From: Rhina ancylostomus
Taxonomy: Eukaryota
Length of the DNA: 64,000 nucleotides
Reading direction: 5' to 3'
Assembly: GCA_030265395.1 (NCBI GenBank)
Contig: JARFYF010000063.1
Coordinates: 45,624,951-45,688,950 of the forward strand
Shown here: piece after piece, positions 37,351 to 50,949 of the stretch
How positions within the stretch are numbered: position 1 is the first letter of the stretch
Layout: each line of letters begins with the position of its first letter
Program-made: the position numbers and the translations under genes
Notes under the pieces: model-generated
Databases searched by the model: none
What the model saw: the letters and a program-made list of their open reading frames with translations, nothing else
What the model was told of the DNA's origin: nothing

Positions 37351-40300
37351 GGGCTGGTGGGAGAGGAAGTAAGTAAGGGGCTGTAGAAGGGAGAGGGGAA
37401 AATCACAAAAAAATGAAAATTAAATAACCTTCTTGGAAGCTGACTAGAATGATGTGACATTGTACATTCACCACAAGAGCGTAATACCCTCAGGGAATTC
37501 CTCCCACTAAGCAGACAATATTGGTTTAAGATAAAGACCCCAACACCCTTCATAGGCAACCAGGGATAGGCAGCATAATACCAGGTTTGCCACCACAACC
37601 CGCATCAAGAGAATGCAAAAGAAGATGGATATTGTTGAAATTATCTGCTCTCTGCACATTTTAATCTTGTGCTTCAGTGAAATATTGTGCTGTACATCAG
37701 CTTGAGTATTGTAAAACATTTAGAATAAATCAGACCTTCACTGAGATGAGCACAAGCTTGGAACAGCAGCTTAACTTGCCCCCACTTTAGCTGTGCAGTG
37801 CAGGAGTTATTGGTGGGATCATGCTGATTCACTTTTAGTCAATGATGTTTATCAATGAATTTTTAGAATTATGATTTAGATATTCATCTCATTAGCACAT
37901 GGGGTTGCTCATTACCTGTTCCTATGGATAGTTATTGGGGGATAAAGCCCTACTTACACTAAACCTCTCCAAACTGGTCAGCACTGGCAGGGGCCTCTAA
38001 CTAAAATTTGAGCCTATTCCTGAAACAGACAGTGCACAGGCAGCCAGAAGATTAAGGCAGAAGAGGGCATCTCACTTTTTTCTCTCTGAACGTAAAGGAC
38101 CCCAATTTTCAGAGCTGTTTGAAGGTGTTTCCAAGCCTTCCAGCTAGAAGTTGGAGGTTGAGATAAGCTATCTCCCCAACAGATCCGCAGGCCTGAAGGC
38201 CTGTTATAGTTGTGCAGCAGTGACTGCTTTTCTGAGGTTAAGATTGAGGCACATTGTAAACGAGATTTTTATCATTTTTCTTGACCTTTAAGTTTTGATG
38301 GGAGAATGTAGAAGGAAGTTTAGTTTGTTACCACATGTGCTCTACCTGACTTGGGGGAAGTGCACATTGATGACCCCAGATGTCTAAAAGTTCCCCAACA
38401 GTAAAACTCTCCACTTATTAAACAAAGAACTTCACCACTAGCACAAAATAAAATGTATTTTTCTTTCATTGATCAACATAGTTACACTTCAAATAACAAT
38501 TCTGTCAAGAAACTTTCAAATCCTTCCATCTATTAGTTTCACAAGGCATACTAGCATTTAAACAGCAAGACCAGCTAATTAGAAAGGGATGCCTATTTCA
38601 GAGTGCATCCTAATCTGAAAATCCTGTTTAACTTCTTGGATGAAATTGAAACCAAATGTTAAAAGATTCCTAAGCAAGTGGATTGTTTCCCCCTCATTTT
38701 ATATCTTCAGTTACCAATTAGATATTTTTGTTGAAAATTCCAGCACAGATCTGATAGGACAGACCATTGTTCCTGGACTGAGGGAAGAGGGGGAGGGGGA
38801 GGACTGTAATTCCACCCATCAGTAGCATGGTACAATGAAAGACAAGCCATTGTTTTGTGATAGATCTAGTTAATAAACTGAGTTATGTGTTTTATGTAAG
38901 TTTATGTCTTTGCTCTGTACTGCTGCCGCATAACAACAAATTTCATTTTATATAAGACAGTGGTAATAAACCCGATTCTGATTATTCCAAACAGTGTTGG
39001 CCCATTGCTCATTCCCACAGCTTTCTAACACTCATGCTTTTAACACTCTTGCTTTGGCTTTTTTTCCCCCCACAAATTTGTTGTTTAACAAGTTGAGGGA
39101 TGCTAGTACCAAGAGATGCCTCCATTGACATTCAGCATCAGAAAATATTGNNNNNNNNNNGATCATTTACATCTGAGGCACAAGTGCCATGGTTTAAAAC
39201 TTCATCCAAAGACAGCACCTCCAATGGTAGCACACCCTAAGAACCACACAAAAGCATCAATCTAGATCTTTGAGCTCTAGATTTTGGATGGGACTTGAAT
39301 CCACAGCCCTCTCACTCAAAGGTGAAAGTGCTACTAACTGATTCATAGCTGACAATGTATTGTGATGCAAATTTTGTTGCAACATTCACTGGTAAAAAAT
39401 TGTTTGATAAACTTAAAATAATAACATTTGAGTTAATAATCCATCAATATGAATTGATGAGCATCAACTGCAATGGCAGGCACCAAGCATTGCAATCCAG
39501 TCTGCTAACCTGTGCACAAATACGTGAACGAGATGTGCATATTCATTGTCACACATACTGAAGGGATATGGTCAAGACCATGGATACAGGGCAGCAGGGA
39601 ACCAAGAGACAGCTTTGCAAGGCCCATAACGTTATCCAAACCCAATGACAATCAGGCTCATTTCACAATTAGGGGCTCTCATGAAGAAATGTGGTTTCAG
39701 GGAGTAACACTCAGGAAATTACATGTTAGCAGCCCTCTGATTTTTCTGTTCATTAAACTCCATTGAGAAAACCCTGTGATCTCCCAATTAGCGATATCTA
39801 CAAGTGCTGCTCCCTGCTTGGAGAGCAATAATCAAGGAATTAGCCCTTATATACACAAGGTTAACTTGGTCTGAGTATTTCTAATCTTTGCACAAATGAC
39901 CTAGGTCCTTCAGTTAGCTCACACATCAGTACCAGTTATTCTATTTGTAAATTCTCTCACGTTAATTAAATCCTAGCCTGTGAAGCACTGCCGGGCTGCT
40001 GCTGGTTTGTATATAAACCACCTGAGCCATTAAATTGATTTGTAATTCCCACAATCTTTGGATACTCATTAAATATTGAGAATAATTTATGTTCAAATTA
40101 ATATAGTATGTTTACAATATTTTATGAGAATTGTGTACATCCATTTATGGGATAGCAACTGGGTTTTTCTGAGTGTTACTACCATTTGTTACATTAAGTG
40201 TAACTATCAAATGTGTTTTATAGTGTTTATAATTTGAATCAAAACAACATTTTATACTTTTGTTAAATGGGCATCCTCGTGGGGAACCAATAACCGATGT

Positions 40301-41029
40301 ACCAAGTCCCAAGGCGATAAATAAATACTTGTGACAATAATAATTTCCCCAAAACATCAAATGAGTATCCTTAACCAAACCCAGTACTTGTTTATTCTTT
40401 CATGTATGCTTCTTCCCATTCTGCCTGATTCTCTGGCCTTGTTCTTTGCTGCTCTACAGATGAATTTTAACAATGTTTTCCCTTTGTCATACACTTATAA
40501 TGTTGCACCAACTTGTGTCTGGGGTCTTTTTTTTAATAATATTAAGAAGCTCCTTTAGATCTAATGGATTTTGCCAAAATACTGTTAACAGTTTAACTAA
40601 AATGGCTGTCACTGAAGATGAACAAAGCATCTACTGCCAGATCCCGATATTTACTAGCAAGCACAAATCTGTGAGAAAATTCTATTGAATACAGATGGCA
40701 GGAAATTCCTCCGAAATGATAGCAGCCAAACTCAAACCACAAGACATGAAAATAACCCAACACACTAGACATGAAGAACATATCTTAGAGATTTGTTCCT
40801 CATGTGATTTGCAATCTGTGATTGATTACCAAGAGACAGACTGCTGATATATTGGAGTTATGTAAAACAAATACTCGATCTGAAAATAAAAAAAAAACTT
40901 GAATATTTTCAGAAAAGTTGTTTTTTTATTGCACTTTTCATGATTTGTGCTGATAACATCAGTGAATTGTGCAGCTAATACTTGGTGTGAAGACCAAAAA
41001 GTTTCAGTTGCTCACTCCTTTCCTAAAGC

Positions 41030-41315
41030 AAGACCACTTGCTGAGATGTGCTTCAGTGAGTGTTGACTGCTCCCATCGTATCATCTAAGTGCTGGTCTCC
41101 ATTCTAACAATAAAAATTGATCTGATGGTTATTCTACCAAGTACAGCATCACAATCAAGACCAATTCAGTTCTTATCCAACTAGTACACGTATGGACTAT
41201 CTTGCACTAATGACTATGTATCAGAGGCAAAACTCCTGGTTAGTTTTTTTTCCCCCAATCTCAACCAAGTAGAGGTCAAATATTAATGGACTAATCATTG
41301 ATCCAGGTGAGATCA
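41030..41315 (-). mobile_element. Decayed LF-SINE-like element
   Basis: cagtgagtgttgactgct...gcatcaca...tatcagaggcaaaactcctggttagttttttttcccc...tgagatcag reads as the reverse of the + copies. Confidence 0.45.
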
Positions 41316-42399
41316 GAAATGTATTTTTTTATTATTGTTTCTGCAGTGTTCAACTTAAGTTTTACTTTCAATGGCCAGCAATTCTCCCTCCAGATGAGCT
41401 GACCTTTTAAATGTGGAGTATTATCTAATATTCAAAACAGAGCTCATTTCTAATATGTTGTGAAACACTCTCAGTATGTGTAGTGCAACATGATGGAATA
41501 GAGTGTGTTTTAGTCTCCTATTCTTACACCATATTCAGTCCCTTATTCTTCATGCAAACACAGAAATTAAATTAGGGTCTAAGGGTGAAATCAGAACATG
41601 CACATCTTTCAGACCAATTAAAACGGTTGAAAGCCCTCAGCCACAGAATTCCAGTAGTTGAATAAAACTTTCCTAAAGGGGATTGGGATAAGGGTCACTG
41701 TTCTTTTTAAATGCAACATTTAATGGTTTGGGATAATGCCATACATAAACTGCTGCTTTTTAAACTAACTCTTCCCTTGCAATCCTAAAACACTCTTTTA
41801 AAATGCACAGCTGACAAACTAATAAAGTTTATTTGGTTTAGGACCCACTTGGCAATAAGAACATAAAAACCTCCAGCTGAAACATAATTTATTTTGAAGA
41901 TAACTATGTTATTTTTGTTCCACTCACATGAGTGGCTCAGGTTATGTTTAGATTTGTGCCAGGCAATCTGTCAGTTAAAGCTGAACTCATTACTATTTGG
42001 TTTCTTCCTCAAATTTCTCCCAGGTTCCATCCCTTGCTCTCAGGTACAGTATCACTGCTGCTGCCAGGGCCTGGGGATCTTACTCCTGTCACCATTCTCC
42101 ATGGGGAATTCCAGAGAAAGAATGTTAGCAAGTTATTCTACCTTCAAGGTGCATCGGAGTTAAATGCAATCCCAACACTTGACAGCAATCAGGAATGAGA
42201 AACTTGACTAAATTTCTCTATTCTGGAATTCAAGTGCTATCCCATACATTCAGAATAGATCTAGCAGCCCAAAACTGGATATCAATGAAGCACTATAGGC
42301 TATCAAAGGAGCAGAATTATTACAATATGTGACTTCAGAGCAAATCCCAAACACTACTATTACCATCAATCCAGGGGACTAATTCTACTTCAACGGAGA

Positions 42400-43260
42400 G
42401 TGTAAATGAATATCTCAGAAGAGGTACCAGACACACCAAAGAAAATGTGCTGCTTACCAAGTGAAGCTACAACATAAGACTGTTTGCTAACCAGCAAAAG
42501 AAAGTTGCAAAAAGACAGAGCTAAGCAATCTCACAACTAAAGCATCAAATCAAAGCTTCACAGAACTGCACAGCTAGTTGTTAAGGACAGCAGACATTTA
42601 TGTAACTAACAAGCAGCACAAACTCCAAAAACATCACCATCCTTATTGGTGGAGACCAATCAAAGCGTTAGAGAGCACTCCACGTCTGAATGAATTTAGC
42701 CTCAACAATACTCAAGAAATTCAACACTGTCCAAACTAGCTTGTTTGATTAACATCCCAGCCACCATCTCAAGCCTTCACTCCATTCATCACCGATACAT
42801 TGCAGCTTTAGTGTGTGACACATTTATAAAATGCACTGCAGCAACTCAATAAGACCTTTCCAAAAACCAACCTAACCTAAAACCTCTATCAATTACACAG
42901 ATAAGAGCAAAGAATACACAGGAACCTTATCAGCCAATAGTTACACACCATCATGACTTAGAATTAGTGTTGCTCATTCAATATCTTGGGTCAAATCGTG
43001 GAACTTCTGACCTAACAGCACTGGGGTTCTAGTGAAAGGTCATGAACCCGAAACCCTTGGTCTATTTCTTTCCCAACAGTTGCTACCTGACCCGCTGGAG
43101 TATTTCAAATATTTTTTGTTTTCATTTCAGTTTTTCAGTATTTTTCTTTTGTGTTCAGCAGCTCAAGAATACAGCTCACAATTACCTTCTCAAGGGTTAT
43201 TAAGGGTGAACATTAAATTCTGGGATGTTCAATACTGCCCACACCTCACAACTGAATAAG
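42400..43260 (+). mobile_element. Decayed CR1/L2-group LINE pieces, with a PLE pLTR nested at about 43028-43150
   Basis: The LINE 3' UTR (ggaacttctgacctaacagcactg...cagcagctcaagaa) is interrupted by tgaaaggtcatgaacccgaaac...acctgacccgctggagtatttc. Confidence 0.55.
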
Positions 43261-45011
43261 ATAAAAATGGACATGACAAATGTGAAGTTATCCATTCTAG
43301 ACCTAAAAAGATGTACCTTCTAAACAGTTAAAAACCAGAGGCAGTGGAAGCCCAAAGAGGCCTAGGGTTTCATAAACTTTGATCACTAAAAAATCATGAG
43401 TGGTGGAGACAACAATGAGAAGTTATTAAAGGATAGATGAGGAAAATACTTCTATTGGTTAAGTCCAGAGGTCATAGCCAACAGTTAAGCTGTTTTAGGC
43501 TAACAGTTGAAAACCTTTCAAGACTGAAGTTCTAAATACAAAAGATGGTAGAAATCTGACACTTGCATTGCAAGTGGCAATTGATACTTGGTTGATTATG
43601 AATTGTAAATCTAAGATTAGTAGATATTTGTTAACAAATGGTATTAAGAAAGAGGGCAAAGGCAGGCATATAAACTAAGTTCACAGATCAACCATGATCT
43701 CATTGAAAGATGGAATCAACTCAATAGGATAAATGCTTAGTCCTATTCCTAATTATCTCCTGGCTCCATTTCTACCAGTGAGGTCATTTCTGCCATTTCC
43801 CACTTNNNNNNNNNNNNNNNNNNNNNNNNNNNNNNNNNNNNNNNNNNNNNNNNNNNNNNNNNNNNNNNNNNNNNNNNNNNNNNNNNNNNNNNNNNNNNNN
43901 NNNNNTTCAACCTCTTCCCACTCCAGTCAACCACTACCTTCCAGGATCTATTTGAACACAGCCACTGAGATGCATGAGGACATTGAAAAGGCATCTGCAG
44001 CACAGTGGCCTAACTTAAATTAAGTCCACAATGAATGTGAATCAGGCATAGGGTTCATCTAATTCATGCAGTTCACACCCATTATCTTCCACTAAAAATA
44101 GTTTTGTATTTATCAGCTTCCAGCAGAGTTTAGAATTAGTTCAACTTTCTAAATATTCTTTCTACCAAGTAAGCCTTGTTCCTGATTACATTCACTGCAA
44201 AATTTAAGCATAGAGCATCAGTTGCAATTCTGGTTCAACTATAAGTAGCATTTTTAAAATACAGTGAAATAATGAAATAAAAGCATGGGGAGCACCTCCC
44301 CAGTGAGCCATTGGACAAAGCCCACCATCCTTCAAAACTAATGTAAAAAGAGCCTACATTTAAAGTTGTTCTGGACTGATTCAAAAGAACCAGTTCTGTC
44401 TGGACATCATCAAATTTGAGAAAATTCCCTCCTCAGAGAATTAGTAACTATTCTATCAAAAAGATAATGAATGAGATGAAATATGCAACTAGGAAAGAGC
44501 AGTAAAAGACAAAACTAATGATTTGGCTGAGGGGACCAAATGCTATATTTCCAAGTTTGCAGATTATACAAAACTAGGTGGGATTGTGAGTAGGGAGGAG
44601 GATGTAAAGAGGCTTTAAGGGGGTATAGAGCACAAGAGACTACAGATTCTGGAACACGAAGCAAAAAAAAAACTACTGGAAGAAATTAGCATGTCAGCCA
44701 GCATTTGTGGGGGCAAGTGGACAGTTGATGTTTAGGGTGGAGATTCTTCATCTGATCCTGAGCCTTCTAGTGGAGCTATCAAGCTGTCAGTTACGTACAT
44801 CTCCGAGAAAAATACACCTCAAAAAGTGTTCAAATACATTAAGAGCAACAGAGACATGAAAGATCACATATAAATAAATAAGAGACTATTAACATAAACA
44901 GTAACCATCAAAAATAGTTGTAGGTACATATGAGTGATTATATACATAAAATATCACTTACACAAAGAATGAATGTGGACATGTGAAACGATAAATGCAA
45001 AGCATGATGTA

Positions 45012-45390
45012 GGGTCCTGCCTTACGAGCCTGATTGAATTTTTTGAGGATGTGACTAAACACATCGATGAAAGGAGAGCAGTAGATGTAGTGTATATGGA
45101 TTTCAGCANNNNNNNNNNNNNNNNNNNNNNNNNNNNNNNNNNNNNNNNNNNNNNNNNNNNNNNNNNNNNNNNNNNNNNNNNNNNNNNNNNNNNNNNNNNN
45201 NNNNNNNNGGTGGTGGAGGCGGATACGATAGGGTCTTTTAAGAGACTTTTGGATAGGTACATGGAGCTGAGAAAAATAGAGGGCTTATGGGTAAGCCTAG
45301 TAATTCCTAAGGTAGGGACATGTTCGGCACAGCTTTGTGGGCCGAAAGGCCTGAATTGTGGTGTCGGTTTTCTACATTCTATGTTTCTAT
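45012..45390 (+). mobile_element. Young CR1-type LINE; RT start and 3' end joined across a 100-N gap
   Basis: SCLTSLIEFFEDVTKHIDERRAVDVVYMDFS before the gap; VVEADTIGSFKRLLDRYM plus tail after it. Confidence 0.85.
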
Positions 45391-46793
45391 GAATATGCAT
45401 GTGCAGGCATACATACCACAATGAGCTTCAGTTTGAACAAAAAGGGGGTAAAAACAAACAATCAGGTATCTTACTCCTTTTCACTTTTCCATGATCACTG
45501 CTGGTAAGATTGGACATGCAAACAAATAAACATACTAAGGAACTGGGTGTAAGATTTCCTGTTGGCTGTGGCAGCTGGCACAGGACAGACAGTGTAGAAT
45601 TATATTGCAATGTGAATCAACCAATTACAAGGTAAAACTGATCACAGAAAAGAAATCTTTTGCAAAATGTCAAGATCTTGAAATCAGAAAGAAACTTGTT
45701 TATACCTGAAACCAAATTGCTTCTGGAGTTCTTATTAATGATTGGTTTGAACTATGCTAAAGTTCAGCAAGAGATATGCTTTCCTTTTCAGTAACTCAGT
45801 TGAAACAGTTGTCTCACTTAGATCCCTGACTGAGAATACACACATCGTGACAGTTTAACAGCTTGTTGATATTTAAATGAATGAACAACAGAGGTGCAGA
45901 AAAGACTTACATTATGGATAATATTTATTAAGGCTTCTTAGAATGAGAAACTGATAGGTCACGAGAAATCAAAGCCAATCTTAAACCAAGATCTAGTGGG
46001 ACTATGGGTTAGAACACTTGGAGCACAGTAAAAGATAAAGAAAAAATATGGATCAGCTCAGGATAGTTCTGCCATATCTGATGGGGTAGAACATATGATG
46101 AGGGTAAAATTAGGTTAGCCAAAATGGGACAGAACTAGAGTTAAAACTGTCTGAAAGTTAAAACCAGAGAGACATTTTGTTCTCAAGGGAAAAGGACAAA
46201 CTGAAAAGTATCTCAATTTCAATGGAATGCTCTGATATATCAAATGTGCTTTTGTTTTTTTTTTATAAACTACTTCTGTTTTAATCTCTTGCCCATTTGT
46301 TTAAACACATCCCAGATGATTAGAATACAGTTGAGTAATTTTGAATCTGGTCAGTTGTGCAAAATGGGTGCNNNNNNNNNNNNNNNNNNNNNNNNNNNNN
46401 NNNNNNNNNNNNNNNNNNNNNNNNNNNNNNNNNNNNNNNNNNNNNNNNNNNNNNNNNNNNNNNNNNNNNNNTTTGAATCTGGTCAGTTGTGCAAAATGGG
46501 TGCTATCAACTAGTTAATAGAAATTAAAACTAGTGAATATATATAATAGGATGGGAGGCATTGGAATCAATATTGCTCGCTTTACACCATCACCTCGAGT
46601 CACATTTGTGGCTAGAGATTTAATTCTCTAAGTCACAATGGAGCTGAGGTCACTAAGGTCCAGCTTCAACATAGCTTCCAGGGATTATACCCGACATACA
46701 ATTCAACACAGATTTAGCAGTCTCACTTGTATACCTCACTGTGTGTAACATTTGGAGTTAAATTGCAAATCTCACCAGGTTGCATGAAGATAT

Positions 46794-46841
46794 TATTGCA
46801 GAAGAGTGCTCCCGGGTTGCTGGGAACACTCTTCTGCAATA
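46794..46841. repeat. 48-nt inverted repeat (22-bp stem, 4-nt loop)
   Basis: TATTGCAGAAGAGTG-CT-CCCGG-GTTG-CTGGG-AA-CACTCTTCTGCAATA; the outer 15 bp are perfectly complementary. Confidence 0.95.
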
Positions 46842-47756
46842 GAGACTGAAGCAAACATACATTCTGTCTGATTGATAACTCAGAAGAAGCTCTAAGCTGC
46901 GCTAGAATTAAGCTCTAGTGAGCACTTGAAGTTGGCGTATCAATGCAATTTCATACATTAAGGCAGATTTACTAGACCATAACTTTATGTTATCCCTTTA
47001 TGAACAAAACTGGAAAACACTTCAAAATTAGTGTTTTTTTAGCATTCTATAATATTTAAATAAGCTACTGATCTTGTGTAATGCTCATCAAGTAAGAAAA
47101 ATAGAATCCACTTAAAATATTACACAGATGCACACCCATTTTTCAGTAATCATATGTATTAACTAATCATCCTGATCAGGCTTAGAAATACTAACTTATG
47201 AACAAAGAATCACTGAACTTAGTTTTCAAAAGAATATCCTTGCATTAAACTTTGTGCCTTTCACATCCTCAATTCCAAAAGAGCTTTGCACCAATGAATT
47301 AGTTTTTTCTTTGTTTTATTATTAAAATGTTGCATGTGAAATGTTCATGGTACACAAAAGCAGGTTGGACTAGAAGAGAAATATGCAATGGCAAAAGGTG
47401 ATTTTACTTCAAAATGTGCAGAGTTTACACGTTCACTGAATATATCTAATCCATTTAAACTTCTGGATGAAAGTTTTGTATAGCTTCACCCTGATTTTGA
47501 AAGATCTTATCATTAATTGTGGGGATCCCTAATAAAATAAACTGCATTGATTCTGCTGAAGGTATTGTGCTGCTTGGTCTATCTAATGATATGCTTTCAC
47601 AGGGATAAATCCCACCTGTGCACTTCATGCAAACACAAACTTATACAACTTTATGAATAAAAATGCTGCAGGTTTAGCAGAAACATAACCATAACTCATC
47701 AGGGCTTGGTGCTACTTTTAAAAAATATCCCCAACCTTTATGTCATCTAAGAGGAG

Positions 47757-47985
47757 GATTTCTTTCACAGAGAGTGGTTAGAATCTGGAACATGCTGCTT
47801 CAGGTGGTGGTGGAGGCAGATACTCTCAGAACATTTAAGCAGCATCTGGACAAGCACTTGAATTGATAATGCATAGAAGGCTACTGACCTAATGTGGGTA
47901 AATGAGACTAGTATAGACAAGTGCAATGGTCAGTATGGAAATGGTGGGCCAATGGGCGTTTCTGTGATGATTAACTCTATGACTC
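47757..47985 (+). mobile_element. CR1-type LINE 3' end
   Basis: tttcacagagagtggttagaatctggaacatgctgc...gtggtggaggcagatac...atggtgggcc. Confidence 0.7.
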
Positions 47986-49619
47986 CAGTCATTGGGTTTT
48001 GTTCATTGCTGCAGGTCCCTGTTACATATTCTGAAAGATGACACCAGGGTTAGAATGTTTACTGCAACAAAACAGTAAATCATGTACATACACAAATGTA
48101 CAATTACTTTAAAATGTGTTGATACAAGCATTCAGCATACGTTCCCTTATCTGGATTTCATGCCTGCAGTGCTTGTTGTCCTCCAATGTACATACATGTG
48201 GATCCCGCATGTGCGATTCTAAGAGACTTGCATTGGATTGAACACTGGAAGTGCCCATAATTAAAAAATTAATCTTAAAATATGCATGAGCAGTTGTAGT
48301 ATAGGATCATATTGGATGTGTGGGTATTAAATGTCACCACCATAATAATCAGCAATTCTGGCAGTGAGATTTGTGATGCAAAGAATAACATGGTACAGAA
48401 CAAGAAAAGGCTCTACAGCCCAATAACCCTGCTACCTTGACTCACTATGTAACCTTACATGCTACAATGAACTCTCCTCAACTCGTATCATTGCCAAAGG
48501 GAGGTGGCTAACAATGGAGAAGATTTCCAAGAACAGACATTAAAAACAGGAAATGCAGGAAATATTCAGCAGGTCAGGGTGTATCATTTCTCCATGGAAG
48601 TTTCTTGAATTCCCAGTTTCCCCAGAGTTCACCTCTCGGGAGATTAAGTAAATTAAGTAAAGTATAGAAAGCCCATAACAGGCTAAATATCCTTTTTTGT
48701 CATTGATTTCCTATTTGGAATTTCAAATGAATCTTTTGCTGTACATTTAGAAAACAAGGAGGCTATAAATTTGTCAGGATTAGCTCTCTCAAAGGTACTA
48801 ACATAAAATGCTATTTTGACTGTGACTGGGGGGTGGGGAAATTCTGATCTGTACTGATTGAACNNNNNNNNNNAAATTACCAATTTACACTTTTCATTTT
48901 CTCCTCGTGTCCTTTGGTCCAGAGGGAAAAGGGAAAAACTGCCAGCGCTCCTGCTTTTGCTCTCTAACCAACATTTTCTGCAGGAGAGATTACACTTTGG
49001 ATAGAATGATCTCCACAAAGATCCTCTCACATTACACTAATATAAACTGATGATTAAGGTGAGTGCACTGCTAGAACCTAACTGTTAAAGAAAAGCTTTC
49101 GGGACAACAGGAGAAACAATGTGGAATGGGGGATGGATGCTAAACAGCTATCATTTTAAGCGTGAAAAAGCAAGAGCTACAACATAATGAATACTATATG
49201 TAACTTATATTCAAATTTAAAATGACAGCCTACCTCAAAGGGCAGGAAAAATGTGCATGTTCAAAACGATAGGTGTTTCACTTCCACTGCAAAAAGTAAT
49301 AGCATAGCTATGAATTTCCCTTCAGTTTCCTGTCAGCATAGACAAGAATTTTCCCCCATTACCTTTCAAATTCAGAAGCAACAGGGTTAATTAGACAGTG
49401 AAGGCAATGAGAGAGCTTCCATTCAAAAGTGTAACTAAATGGTGCTTTTCAGAAACTATAAAAAGACATCTGTTATACAATTCATAGTTCTCAGTNNNNN
49501 NNNNNCTCCAAATGTTTAACAAATGGCTTAATCCCCTTTGACTTGAGCAATTACTAATTTACCATTTAAAAATGTCTAAGATTTTACTGCAGGACTGTAA
49601 TAAATACCATTTCATTTTA

Positions 49620-49810
49620 AAAACTGAAGGACTGCAAATGCTGGAAATGTGAAATAAAAACTGAAAATGCAGAAAATCTTCAGCAGCTCATGCTGCGTCT
49701 GTGAAGAGTAAAACAAAGTTACTGTTTCAGATTGATGACTTCATTAGAACTTGGAAAGTGAAAGATTAAAAAAAACGCATAACAGAGAAAGGGGAAAGGG
49801 AAGGGGCATT
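49620..49810 (-). mobile_element. PLE 3' terminal repeat, older subfamily
   Basis: actgcaaatgctggaaatgtgaaataaaaactgaaaatgc...gtttcagattgatgacttcattagaact; similar to 5995-6140. Confidence 0.65.
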
Positions 49811-50949
49811 TCCAATTGTGCACTTCCAATATTCTCTACTTGTACTTCATTATTAAATATGGTCATGTTTAGTGTTCCACTTAAATCATTATATTTATCA
49901 TTTTTTGTTCCTGTCTCAATTCAATGATGGTGGCATAATTTACCAATTGACTGTGAGAAATATCCACTATTGGTCTCAATTATATTGAATGTTAAAAGTG
50001 GAGTGTTTGCCCACATTATTAGTGTTACAGTAAAAGTACATAACCAGGGAAGGAACGATCTTGGTAGCTGTAAAATCGAACAGGATCAATACTAATTACA
50101 TTGCTCTGGAATTAATGCTACATAAAATGTTAGACAATTATCTGGAAATTGGATTACACATCTTTTAGGGCACCAAAATGTCTTTGTGTAATGCGTTAGC
50201 TCTGCACAAAACCACAGGAAGCCTTGCCATGCTCCTAGATATCATGCAGTAGGAGTAAGTGGTCAATACACAATTTGCAAAGTCTACCATGAATTATCAC
50301 TAGATAATTTCTGCTCTCAATCNNNNNNNNNNCAAGAAGTCCATATATAAACTGTATTATGCAGACTGAATTTTTTATTATATCTTGTGTTGCAGTATTT
50401 ACCTCAATTCCATTTCCACTCTTTAAATGTCCTCGCCAAATGGGTTGGATAAGACTTTACCTCATTCCAATTCATTCTGCTATTCATTAACACCTCAGCA
50501 GCAGTATATCCTGTTGCATACTGAGGTGTGGTCCATCTTAGAACATGCCTATGTCTAATTTCCATGTTTCCACTCAGTGCATTCTTACACCTACTCAGAA
50601 CTGGGCCTTTTTGTGCACCGACGGCTAATTCCACTGCCTTAACAAAGTACCTTCAATGAGGCATCCCTATAGCATTTTGTGTTGATGTTGTATCCTCTTT
50701 GACAAAGCCATGGAAGCAGAACCCCAGTGGCAGAGTCCTAGTGAGCAAAAGGAGCACAGGAAACAGTCTCAATGAATTTCAAAGAAAAACAGGAACCAGA
50801 GACCCTGTGAGTATAAAAGCATTTGGTTCAAACAAAGTATATGAAATTAAAGAAGTTGTTTCAGTGCAAGTAAAATAGTGTGTAATCTAATAGCAACAGT
50901 ATTTTAAGAATATTTGTTTTGTTAGTTGTGCTCATATAATAAGAGGAGG

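Noticed and set aside
46340-46503. Direct repeat tttgaatctggtcagttgtgcaaaatgggtgc
   Set aside because: Flanks a 100-N gap; same artefact, also seen at about 3640/3750 and 60970/61081.
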